A stretch of 38,417 nt of DNA from Octopus bimaculoides (GCF_001194135.2 NC_069000.1:45184746-45223162); one strand, 5' to 3'. Positions 22,826 through 29,729 are shown, counted from the stretch's first letter. Notes: generated from the sequence alone by a model not told the origin. Translations and numbers: made by a program.

Positions 22826-23465
22826 GTGTGTCTGCGTTTGTTCCCCCAACATTGCTTGACAACCGATGCTGGTGTGTTTACGGTCCCATAAACTTAGCGG
22901 TTCGGCAAAACAGTTCGATAGAATAAGTACTAGGCTTACAAAGAGTAAGTCCTGGGGTCGATTTNNNNNNNNNNATAAATATTTACCACTACACATAAGG
23001 CGGCGAGCTGGGCGAAATGCTTAGCGGTATTTCGTCTGTCTTTACGTTCCACCGAGGTCGACCATGCCTTTCATCCTTTCGGGGTGTGTAAAATAAGTAC
23101 CAGTTGTGTACTGGGGGTCAATGTAATCGACTTATTCCTTCCCTTGAACTCGCTGGCTTTGTGCCAAGAATTTGTCATTCATATGTAGTTAGCAGACATG
23201 TTTATGTGTGATAATGATATCTGCAGATGTGTCGGCTCCACACAACAACTGAAAGAGAAATACGGTCAGGGATATCAACTGGAAGTGAAACTAAACGTAG
23301 AAAACCAATCAGACATCGACAAAAGTTTCAAGAAACTGGAAGACCATTTGCTTACATTGTTCCCGTCAATGACAACAGCCGAAGCCATTACAGAACGAAG
23401 GACGTACAAAATCCCCTCAAACGAAGCTGCGCCGTTATCGGAGTCATTTGCTATGTTACAAGAAG
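224..23465 (+). CDS. ABCA5: ABCA-subfamily full transporter, ABCA5-like, multi-exon and partial (5' part outside window, last exon(s) not visible)
   Basis: 21 GT-AG exons, phase-compatible except across 6653/8445. NBD1: [44 protein letters not shown]2: [44 protein letters not shown] regulatory motif [21 protein letters not shown]...GSSLFLK...GIGYHL and PSTGMDP resemble, from memory, the ABCA5/6/8/9/10 clade. Orthology not tested. Confidence 0.9.
1076..1134 (+). CDS. ABCA5: ABCA 59-nt exon ([19 protein letters not shown])
   Basis: cctttatttctacag acceptor, A|GTAAGT donor, phase 2/1. Bridges the neighbouring exons into GIRIMRL...AVDNISL, the NBD1 entry strand. Confidence 0.9.
1532..2150. repeat. 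(GA)n then (GATA)n and GATA-derived low-complexity tract
   Basis: Pure repeats to about 1646, decayed GATA/GGTA after, with an internal duplicate of about 75 bp. Confidence 0.9.
2299..2432 (+). CDS. ABCA5: ABCA exon: NBD1 Walker A (GHNGAGKT)
   Basis: tatttcag acceptor, TAT|GTAAGT donor, phase 1/0. Confidence 0.97.
2565..2762 (+). mobile_element. tRNA-derived SINE family A, tail type 2
   Basis: A-box-like head, ccgccgaggtcgactttgcctttc...gataaaataagtaccag central block, ccccctcccccaaaatttc tail. Matches the other A copies in the window. Confidence 0.85.
3113..3296. repeat. Compound microsatellite (CT)13(AT)14(AG)12 and nearby (CA)n
   Basis: Direct reading. Confidence 0.97.
3731..3883 (+). 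CDS. ABCA5: ABCA exon: NBD1 Q-loop ([20 protein letters not shown])
   Basis: tttgtgacag acceptor, GAG|GTAAGC donor, 51 open codons, phase 0/0. Not in the ORF track. Confidence 0.95.
4445..4515 (+). mobile_element. SINE family B 3' tail fragment
   Basis: gtgcgccagtatgtccgtagctgcatgactgga...gaataaaagaat resembles 30068-30134. Confidence 0.4.
4670..4790. repeat. (CCA)n trinucleotide tract
   Basis: Direct reading; source of the poly-Pro ORF artefact. Confidence 0.95.
4842..4961 (+). CDS. ABCA5: ABCA exon: NBD1 signature ([20 protein letters not shown])
   Basis: tctctacttcaag acceptor, AAG|GTTAGT donor, 40 codons, phase 0/0. Confidence 0.95.
5424..5562 (+). CDS. ABCA5: ABCA exon: NBD1 Walker B, D-loop and H-switch
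   Basis: [13 protein letters not shown]...[12 protein letters not shown]; catttcag acceptor, G|GTAAGT donor, phase 0/1. Confidence 0.97.
6563..6653 (+). CDS. ABCA5: ABCA exon ([30 protein letters not shown])
   Basis: ctctccag acceptor, AA|GTAAGA donor, phase 1/2. Confidence 0.95.
7496..7760 (+). mobile_element. Mariner-derived fold-back MITE (265 bp)
   Basis: 95-nt inverted arms (7496-7590, 7666-7760), first 19 nt identical, TA on both flanks. Spacer encodes [19 protein letters not shown], like a mariner transposase C-terminus. Confidence 0.9.
8147..8273 (+). mobile_element. SINE family C 3' fragment
   Basis: Closely matches the reverse complement of about 19288-19415. Confidence 0.85.
8445..8558 (+). 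CDS. ABCA5: ABCA exon: regulatory domain 1 ([16 protein letters not shown])
   Basis: tattttcag acceptor, G|GTAAAT donor, phase 1/1. Confidence 0.95.
8587..8715 (+). mobile_element. SINE family A, cut by N gap
   Basis: gggcgaaatgctaagcggtatttcgtctg...ttcatcctttcggggttgataaattaagtac. Confidence 0.85.
9292..9407 (-). mobile_element. SINE family B head fragment
   Basis: Reverse complement gives caggtgtagctgagtggttaagaag...cggcaccttgtgcaagcgtcttc: tRNA-like head plus family B body. Confidence 0.7.
9438..9800 (+). CDS. ABCA5: ABCA exon: start of TMD2, first TM helix and start of ECD2
   Basis: tttttgtag acceptor, G|GTAAGT donor, phase 1/1. Hydrophobic [19 protein letters not shown]. Confidence 0.92.
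10440..11160. repeat. Microsatellite cluster (TCTG)n, (CTAT)n, (AAC)n, (TATG)n, (CA)n around exon 10810-10940
   Basis: Direct reading. Confidence 0.95.
10810..10940 (+). CDS. ABCA5: ABCA exon: ECD2 ([11 protein letters not shown]...SNQT)
   Basis: gtcccacag acceptor, ACG|GTAAGG donor, phase 1/0. N-glycosylation sequons NVT, NRT, NQT. Confidence 0.85.
12777..12880. repeat. (TTC)n-(CCA)n-(CAT)n compound repeat
   Basis: Direct reading. Confidence 0.95.
13035..13211 (-). mobile_element. SINE family A with internal deletion, antisense to the gene
   Basis: ggaccccagtgcgtaactggtacttattttatcgatccc...gaatttgaactaagaacgtaa is the reverse complement of family A. Confidence 0.8.
13307..13576 (+). CDS. 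ABCA5: ABCA exon: end of ECD2 and TM helix ([10 protein letters not shown]...VVKDYE)
   Basis: ttttgtag acceptor, GAG|GTGAGT donor, 90 open codons, phase 0/0. Confidence 0.92.
14149..14280 (+). CDS. ABCA5: ABCA exon: intracellular helix and TM ([13 protein letters not shown]...IILAFQ)
   Basis: aaaatcag acceptor, CAG|GTAAGC donor, phase 0/0. QLxxSG...YW motif typical of ABCA. Confidence 0.9.
14716..14884 (-). mobile_element. SINE family B 5' half
   Basis: agtttccgtctatcaacaaatccactcacaaggcattggtc matches the reverse complement of the 29730 copy. Confidence 0.75.
14945..15097 (+). CDS. ABCA5: ABCA exon: TM helix ([13 protein letters not shown]...FSYILSYAF)
   Basis: ctctttccag acceptor, ACG|GTAAAT donor, phase 0/0. 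Confidence 0.9.
15640..15702. repeat. Fragment of interspersed repeat family D
   Basis: ttagaaatgacagtcaaatct resembles 34136-34170 and the reverse complement of 30612-30645. Confidence 0.4.
16498..16660 (+). mobile_element. SINE family A
   Basis: gagctggcaaaaacgttagcacgccgggcgaaa...ccgccgaggtcgactttgc...gataaaataagtacc. Confidence 0.88.
16668..16731 (+). mobile_element. SINE family B tRNA head, cut by 10-N gap
   Basis: taggagtggctgcgtggtaagtagcttgcttac...ggttccgggttcagtcccactg, with A-box and B-box-like motifs. Confidence 0.85.
16860..17000 (+). mobile_element. Degraded SINE family A
   Basis: tacgttctgagtttcaaaccccgctgaagtaaactttgccttacatcc...gtcgataaaataaagtac. Confidence 0.65.
17253..17354 (+). 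CDS. ABCA5: ABCA exon ([11 protein letters not shown]...[13 protein letters not shown])
   Basis: Long pyrimidine tract and atgcag acceptor, ATT|GTAGGT donor, 34 open codons, phase 0/0. Not in the ORF track. Confidence 0.8.
17879..18076 (+). CDS. ABCA5: ABCA exon: last TM of TMD2 and linker ([13 protein letters not shown])
   Basis: tttttcag acceptor, GAG|GTGAGC donor, phase 0/0. EDEDVxxER-type ABCA linker. Confidence 0.93.
18989..19210 (+). CDS. ABCA5: ABCA exon: NBD2 Walker A (GPNGAGKT)
   Basis: tttttccacag acceptor, AAG|GTGAGC donor, phase 0/0. Confidence 0.97.
19288..19655 (-). mobile_element. Apparently full-length tRNA-derived SINE family C (about 370 bp)
   Basis: Minus strand begins ggtggcgcaatggcccagtggttagggcagcggact...ggtttggattcc (A and B boxes) and ends cgtcgtaaccgacggagtgccac. 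Its 3' part matches 8147-8273. Confidence 0.88.
19712..19878 (+). CDS. ABCA5: ABCA exon: NBD2 Q-loop ([12 protein letters not shown])
   Basis: ttattgcag acceptor, TA|GTAAGT donor, phase 0/2. Confidence 0.95.
20619..20694 (+). CDS. ABCA5: ABCA exon: NBD2 signature (LSGGTKRK)
   Basis: ccttcaccag acceptor, AAG|GTAATT donor, phase 2/0. Confidence 0.95.
20995..21089 (+). CDS. ABCA5: ABCA exon: NBD2 Walker B and D-loop ([19 protein letters not shown])
   Basis: tttattacag acceptor, TG|GTAAGT donor, phase 0/2. Confidence 0.96.
21537..21745 (+). mobile_element. SINE family A, tail type 1
   Basis: Central block plus cttgtgggcaataaagaaataagaaa tail. Confidence 0.88.
21761..21974 (+). mobile_element. 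SINE family A, tail type 2
   Basis: ggcggcgagctggcag head, central block, ggccccttcctccaaaatttcggaccttgtgcctagagtagaaaagaa tail. Confidence 0.9.
22065..22184 (+). CDS. ABCA5: ABCA exon: NBD2 H-switch ([23 protein letters not shown])
   Basis: tttttttgcag acceptor, CA|GTGAGT donor, phase 2/2. Confidence 0.96.
22216..22450 (+). mobile_element. SINE family A, tail type 1, best-preserved copy
   Basis: Complete head, central block and cttgtgggcaataaagaaataagaaa tail. Confidence 0.92.
22484..22769. mobile_element. hAT-like MITE
   Basis: Starts CAGGGCTGGCCACCCTGAGGCCCG and ends GTGGCCCGCG...GAGTTGGTCAGGCATC (degenerate TIR). Flanked by 8-bp GACTAAAG / GACTAGAG, a 7/8 match consistent with a hAT TSD. 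Confidence 0.6.
22785..22964 (+). mobile_element. SINE family B 3' half
   Basis: (TG)n then ccaacattgcttgacaaccgatgctggtgtgtttac...gatagaataagtactaggc...ctggggtcgatt. Confidence 0.85.
22999..23172 (+). mobile_element. SINE family A with deletions
   Basis: ggcggcgagctgggcgaaatgcttagcggtatttcg...ccgaggtcgaccatgcctttcatcctttcgggg. Ends about 55 nt before exon 23227. Confidence 0.85.
23227..23465 (+). CDS. ABCA5: ABCA exon: regulatory domain 2 ([21 protein letters not shown]...[10 protein letters not shown])
   Basis: ctgcag acceptor with weak pyrimidine tract, G|GTAATT donor, phase 2/1. Confidence 0.93.
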
Positions 23466-24571
23466 GTAATTTTAAGCGTTTTCTCTCACTCCCTATGTCT
23501 GTCTGTCTGTTTATCATTTCTTTTAAATCATTTTGTTTTGTGATTTTTGTTCAGTATGCTTATGGGTCTTTCTTGACTCTAAAGAGGTTTTGTCTCTCTA
23601 TATATATATGTGTATATATATNNNNNNNNNNNNNNNNNNNNNNNNNNNNNNNNNNNNNNNNNNNNNNNNNNNNNNNNNNNNNNNNNNNNNNNNNNNNNNN
23701 NNNNNNNNNNNNNNNNNNNNNNNNNNNNNNNNNNNNNNNNNNNNNNNNNNNNNNNNNNNNNNNNNNNNNNNNNNNNNNNNNNNNNNNNNNNNNNNNNNNN
23801 NNNNNNNNNNNNNNNNNNNNNNNNNNNNNNNNNNNNNNNNNNNNNNNNNNNNNNNNNNNNNNNNNNNNNNNNNNNNNNNNNNNNNNNNNNNNNNNNNNNN
23901 NNNNNNNNNNNNNNNNNNNNNNNNNNNNNNNNNNNNNNNNNNNNNNNNNNNNNNNNNNNNNNNNNNNNNNNNNNNNNNNNNNNNNNNNNNNNNNNNNNNN
24001 NNNNNNNNNNNNNNNNNNNNNNNNNNNNNNNNNNNNNNNNNNNNNNNNNNNNNNNNNNNNNNNNNNNNNNNNNNNNNNNNNNNNNNNNNNNNNNNNNNNN
24101 NNNNNNNNNNNNNNNNNNNNNNNNNNNNNNNNNNNNNNNNNNNNNNNNNNNNNNNNNNNNNNNNNNNNNNNNNNNNNNNNNNNNNNNNNNNNNNNNNNNN
24201 NNNNNNNNNNNNNNNNNNNNNNNNNNNNNNNNNNNNNNNNNNNNNNNNNNNNNNNNNNNNNNNNNNNNNNNNNNNNNNNNNNNNNNNNNNNNNNNNNNNN
24301 NNNNNNNNNNNNNNNNNNNNNNNNNNNNNNNNNNNNNNNNNNNNNNNNNNNNNNNNNNNNNNNNNNNNNNNNNNNNNNNNNNNNNNNNNNNNNNNNNNNN
24401 NNNNNNNNNNNNNNNNNNNNNNNNNNNNNNNNNNNNNNNNNNNNNNNNNNNNNNNNNNNNNNNNNNNNNNNNNNNNNNNNNNNNNNNNNNNNNNNNNNNN
24501 NNNNNNNNNNNNNNNNNNNNNNNNNNNNNNNNNNNNNNNNNNNNNNNNNNNNNNNNNNNNNNNNNNNNNNN

Positions 24572-24606
<35 letters not shown>

Positions 24607-24828
24607 AGAGATAAAGCGAAAAAGAGAGAGCAACAGAGAAAGAGTCAGAGTGAGAGGTGAGAGACGAGAGAGAAAGAGAGTAAAAATGAGAAAGAGTGAA
24701 AATGAGAAAGAGACGTGAGAGAGGGAAGAGAGAGGGAGACACAAGAGAGAGGAGAGAGAGATGAGAGAGAAAGACGAGAGAGAGACGAGAGAGAGAAAGA
24801 CAAAGACGTGAGAGAGAGAAAGAGAAAG

Positions 24829-24875
<47 letters not shown>
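24572..24875. repeat. Polypurine (GA)-rich tract between two N gaps
   Basis: Nearly all A/G on the + strand. Confidence 0.95.
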
Positions 24876-25677
24876 NNNNNNNNNNNNNNNNNNNNNNNNN
24901 NNNNNNNNNNNNNNNNNNNNNNNNNNNNNNNNNNNNNNNNNNNNNNNNNNNNNNNNNNNNNNNNNNNNNNNNNNNNNNNNNNNNNNNNNNNNNNNNNNNN
25001 NNNNNNNNNNNNNNNNNNNNNNNNNNNNNNNNNNNNNNNNNNNNNNNNNNNNNNNNNNNNNNNNNNNNNNNNNNNNNNNNNNNNNNNNNNNNNNNNNNNN
25101 NNNNNNNNNNNNNNNNNNNNNNNNNNNNNNNNNNNNNNNNNNNNNNNNNNNNNNNNNNNNNNNNNNNNNNNNNNNNNNNNNNNNNNNNNNNNNNNNNNNN
25201 NNNNNNNNNNNNNNNNNNNNNNNNNNNNNNNNNNNNNNNNNNNNNNNNNNNNNNNNNNNNNNNNNNNNNNNNNNNNNNNNNNNNNNNNNNNNNNNNNNNN
25301 NNNNNNNNNNNNNNNNNNNNNNNNNNNNNNNNNNNNNNNNNNNNNNNNNNNNNNNNNNNNNNNNNNNNNNNNNNNNNNNNNNNNNNNNNNNNNNNNNNNN
25401 NNNNNNNNNNNNNNNNNNNNNNNNNNNNNNNNNNNNNNNNNNNNNNNNNNNNNNNNNNNNNNNNNNNNNNNNNNNNNNNNNNNNNNNNNNNNNNNNNNNN
25501 NNNNNNNNNNNNNNNNNNNNNNNNNNNNNNNNNNNNNNNNNNNNNNNNNNNNNNNNNNNNNNNNNNNNNNNNNNNNNNNNNNNNNNNNNNNNNNNNNNNN
25601 NNNNNNNNNNNNNNNAAAGCATGAGTGGGTTTTTCAGATGGCGGTGGTTGGTGTGTATATATATATATATATATATA

Positions 25678-25978
25678 CGAGGGTGAGTCAAAAAGTAATG
25701 CCATTTTGTTTAGGACAAGTATAATTACCAACACAGGAACATGTATCATACATCAAAATGAAGCTGGTCCTCTGTGGATCACATCCCTTCTTCTCAACAT
25801 AGTCAGCGTTTCTCTCAATAGTAATGTTCCACCTTCGGATGAGACCATGTATTCGTGCTTCGTAAAATTCTGTTGACTGTTCTTTGAGTCACTTCTTCAC
25901 TACAGTTTTCCTTTCCTCGTCACTGGAATAATGTTTGCCTCTCAAACCCTCTTTCATGGGGCCGAAGAGATGATAGTC
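25678..25978 (-). mobile_element. Mariner transposon 3' relic with pseudogenised transposase C-terminus
   Basis: TA-CGAGGGTGAGTCAAAAAGTAA end. Minus strand reads DYHLFGPMKEGLRGKHYSSDEERKTVVKK*LKEQSTEFYEARIHGLIRRWNITIERNADYVEK, matching the mariner (YSPDLAPS)DYHLF...GDYVE tail. Confidence 0.9.
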
Positions 25979-26053
25979 CAGTGATGATGATAGTCAAGTG
26001 ATGATGATAGTCCAGTGATGATGATAGTCCAGTGATGATGATAGTCCAGTGAC
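25969..26053. repeat. 17-bp tandem repeat, 5 copies (GATGATAGTCCAGTGAT)
   Basis: Units start at 25969, 25986, 26003, 26020 and 26037. Confidence 0.95.
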
Positions 26054-26227
26054 TAGGAAGTGAAAACTGTAGTAAAGAAGTGACCCATTTTTGTACAAAC
26101 ATATCTATCTTCTTTCATTTTTCTAAAAACATATCTTCTTTCTCTCTATATGGCATATGTGTATGTATGTATAAATGCATATATACGGTTATTTGTACTT
26201 ACATGTAAACATATACATTCCATCCAC

Positions 26228-26254
<27 letters not shown>

Positions 26255-26259
<5 letters not shown>

Positions 26260-26404
26260 CTCTACGGTGTTCTTTCCATTGGAGAAACAACCTTGAGAAT
26301 CGCTTTCGCGAACACATCAGAAGCATAATGCTACGTTTGCCAGGCCACGTGTCGCCAACCACTTCAACACTGTGAGCCATTCTATTGCAGACTTATCCAT
26401 AGCA
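26255..26404 (+). mobile_element. Penelope-like retroelement GIY-YIG endonuclease relic (frameshifted)
   Basis: Across frameshifts reads IYITLRCS..IGETT..LENRFREHIRSIMLRLPGH.VANHFNTVSHSIADLSI, fitting the PLE pattern YIGET...RFREH...VAxHFN..GHS. Confidence 0.75.
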
Positions 26405-26799
26405 TATATATATATATATAAGCATTTTGTCCGGTGCAGTAACGATTCTGCCTGACTTACCGCCTTGTACGTCCATCCATCCGTCCATCCGTCTATCCAT
26501 GCATACCTACCTACCTACCTACCTACATACATACATACATATATACATACATACATACGTGTGTGTATGCGTTTGTGTTATACATATGATCCTCATATCA
26601 CTACTGTGGCATGTGGATAAGCTGTACACTTCGCTGAAGAGGTGTAATAAGGTAAAAACGTGGATGCTGTTATCTCCCATACTGGTTGAATAAATCATGT
26701 TAATTGACATATGTCGGTTATTTATTGTATAGTAAATTTTTTATCTCTGTTCAGATATTTACTGCTTTCATTAATATTGACATCAATTTTATTGTGTAA

Positions 26800-27005
26800 T
26801 TGTCTGCATGTATGAGTGTGTGTGTATGTGTGTGTATGTGTGTATGTATGTATGTATGTATATATGTATGTATGTATGTATGTGTGTATGTATGTGTGTG
26901 TGTATGTGTGTGTATGTGTGTGTATATGTATATATGTATGTGTGTGTATGTATGTGTGTATATATATATATATGTGAGTATGTATATATAACTTGACGTA
27001 AAAGA

Positions 27006-27055
<50 letters not shown>
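26800..27055. repeat. (TG/TATG)n and (CA)n microsatellites
   Basis: Direct reading. Confidence 0.95.
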
Positions 27056-27059
<4 letters not shown>

Positions 27060-27128
27060 AAACATCACCACATCATAGCACACAAACCTATGCGACAGGC
27101 CCCAACGGAGTCCCAGTCTGGTGCCATA

Positions 27129-27345
27129 CGACTGCGTGCTGAAAAGTTCCTGGTTTGGAGTAAAACCAAATACAGGAGGATCAGTTAATTATAATTTTAT
27201 TCAACATATTTCCCTCTCAGATTCACACAATTATCGCAGCGGCCCTTCAGTTCTTCTAAACCCTGTAAAAGAACTCGGAACATTGTGCCTCCAACCAGGC
27301 GTTTCACGACGCCTCTAAAACCAGGTACTTTTCACTACCACTTCG
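27129..27345 (-). mobile_element. Internally deleted mariner MITE
   Basis: Imperfect TIRs TA-CGACTGCGTGCTGAAAAGTTCCTGGTTT and AAACCAGGTACTTTTCACTACCACTTCG-TA. Minus strand reads LQGLEELKGRCDNCVNLRGKYVE*. Confidence 0.8.
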
Positions 27346-27350
27346 TATAT

Positions 27351-27434
27351 GGCAAGCATCTGCCCAAGGCATCATACAACGGGTCTGAACGCATCATGTA
27401 ATCGCAAAATGAACTTGTTATCCACACAATCACG
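27351..27434 (-). mobile_element. Degraded SINE family B head
   Basis: ctgcccaaggcatc...ctgaac...gcaaaatgaacttgttatccacaca resembles 9292-9407. Confidence 0.5.
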
Positions 27435-27901
27435 GTTGAGATCATTTCACAATGTTCTAGTCATTAAATACATTAAAAATGATCAATCATTGTTCATCTT
27501 GGAATTATTAAGTTTTTAAAAGAATACTTGGAAGCTTGTGCTGGGTTCCTTTGGTTATGATTAGAACGTCTGTGATTATATATCCGCTGGTTCAGCGCTG
27601 ATGTTGAGGTATACGACAAACGCGAACAAAAATAACGAAAATTTCTCCACAAAAAATACAAGACAAAGTTGAAAAAAAAAAAAATGTCTCTTAAGGGAGC
27701 TAATTCATAATATTTTCTAAGAGTTATTTACCTTGTACTAAAGTTATGCTAGTTATCGATCGATGGTTCCATCAATCCGCCCGTCCAGACATACATACAT
27801 ACATGCATACATGCATACATACCTGAGAAAGATCAAAGGTCCTTTCTGAGCCTTAAGCTCATTAGGCCGGTTTCGCGGATTCTGTGGCGCGCGCACACGC
27901 A

Positions 27902-27961
<60 letters not shown>

Positions 27962-28112
27962 GTTACCAGTTTGGTGAGGTTTGTGGTGACGAAAATTGTT
28001 GACACGTCATGAATTAAAAATAAATTTAAAGTGAATTTTTAAAAACTTTGAGTGTAATTAAGAGGTTATAAGGGTCGTCTTCCACAATATAATTACTCTC
28101 TTTCTCCCACTC

Positions 28113-28235
28113 TCTCTCTCCCTGTGTCTCTCTCCCTGTGTCTCTCTCCCTGTGTCTCTCTCCCTGTGTCTCTCTCCCTGTGTCTCTCTCCCTGTGGCTC
28201 TCTCCCTGTGTCTCTCTCCCTGTGTCTCTCTCCCT
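28113..28235. repeat. 14-bp minisatellite (TCTCTCTCCCTGTG), about 8.8 copies
   Basis: Direct count; one variant unit at 28197. Confidence 0.95.
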
Positions 28236-29729
28236 CTCTTTCTCTCTTTTTGTATACATATACACATATATACAATACATACATAGATGCGTATATTTAT
28301 ACATATATACATACACTGTGTCTGCATAGCCACAGCCTCGGGCCTGAAAAATATGAAAGAATAAAAGAATAAAAGAATAAAAGAATAAAAGAATACATAC
28401 ATACAATCATACACAGACACTTTGGAAAATTAATGGCTAAGAGATGGTTCTACATTTCTTGAAACCTCAAAATTCCTGAACAAGGACCCCACTACCGGAA
28501 CCAGTTTTAAGTCAAAGCCAGGACAAGTAAAAGGGTGGAAAAACATCAAAAACGATTCCTGCTAAGTGTTGCAAAGATTCGACATTTTCAAGGATTCAGT
28601 CCTTTCGAAGATGGTTTTACTGTTTTATTAACTATTGCATCAATTTAAGTACTTTGTCGTAACTAATTAATATTATTAGTATTGGAACAATCAGATTTAT
28701 CTCATTATAACATGGGAGAAATACATGAAGTTTTGTAAAAAAAAAAAAAACGTTACAGTTGTATAACTATACACACTTGCAAAAACCATGCTCTGAACTC
28801 GAACGTGTACATGTGACCTTAAATGGATGCGGTGGATTCTGTTACTATTATTATTATTATTATTATTAAAGAAGAAGAGTTCCATAATTAAATTTGCTGA
28901 ACGATATTTCGGTATCTCGTGTACCTTCAACGGGTTCGAACTTTGATGTGTCAGTCTACTTCAGTTTTTTTAAAGATAATATTAGGACTGCTATGACTCC
29001 TCTGGAAGGAATATTTAAATAAATAAAGAAGAAAAGTTCCATAATTAAATTTGTTGAACGATATTTCGGTATCTCGTGTACCTTCAACCCGTTGAAGGGG
29101 ACATGATATCACAAAACTTGACTTTAAAATGTCTTCACAGATCCTATCTGGTGGTGCAATTAAATTAGACATGGTCTGGGATAATCTTTCGCCAAAACAC
29201 AACTAAGTTCCTGTCTACAGAACATTAATTGATTAACGAAATGGGACAATGTCATCAAAGATTTTGCGAGCAGAAAATAATGAAAAATAGTTTTGTGGAA
29301 TGGTATCCTCATTTTTATATTCTTTTAGAAAAATTTTTCTTTGCGTCACTGAACTGAATGTATTGTAAATATACATCGTCTGAAAGGAGAAGTTGTTCTC
29401 TAAACGGGAAATACAACAGCGATCAGTATATTCGTGTTCAAATCTAATGGAACGTCCTAAGAACGGACCTATGCATTAAGGATTCTCGCTGCTTTACGTG
29501 CTCCGGATAATTTAATGTTAATTTCGCAGACATCGGCTGGCATCAACAAATAATTTGTTTGGTGGATGATTAAGGATAATTTGATGCTCCTCGTCGCTCC
29601 GATGGATGAACATGCATTGGTAGAAAGGCCACAAATTGAACGACCGTTCTGGGTCCCATAAACTTTAGCCACGCCACAAGTGCGAAGATTATTTACATAA
29701 TGGTAAATCGCTCTGTCTTGACAGTAACT

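Noticed and set aside
23198-24718. 506-aa ORF suggesting a very long terminal exon
   Set aside because: Only 23227-23465 is ABCA-like; the rest is intron and N read-through.
25969-26053. Regular repeats that might suggest a CRISPR array
   Set aside because: No unique spacers, eukaryotic context and no cas genes.
29144-29160. ILSGG peptide after an acceptor-like cag
   Set aside because: Chance match; a stop follows within about 20 codons and no other NBD motif is present.
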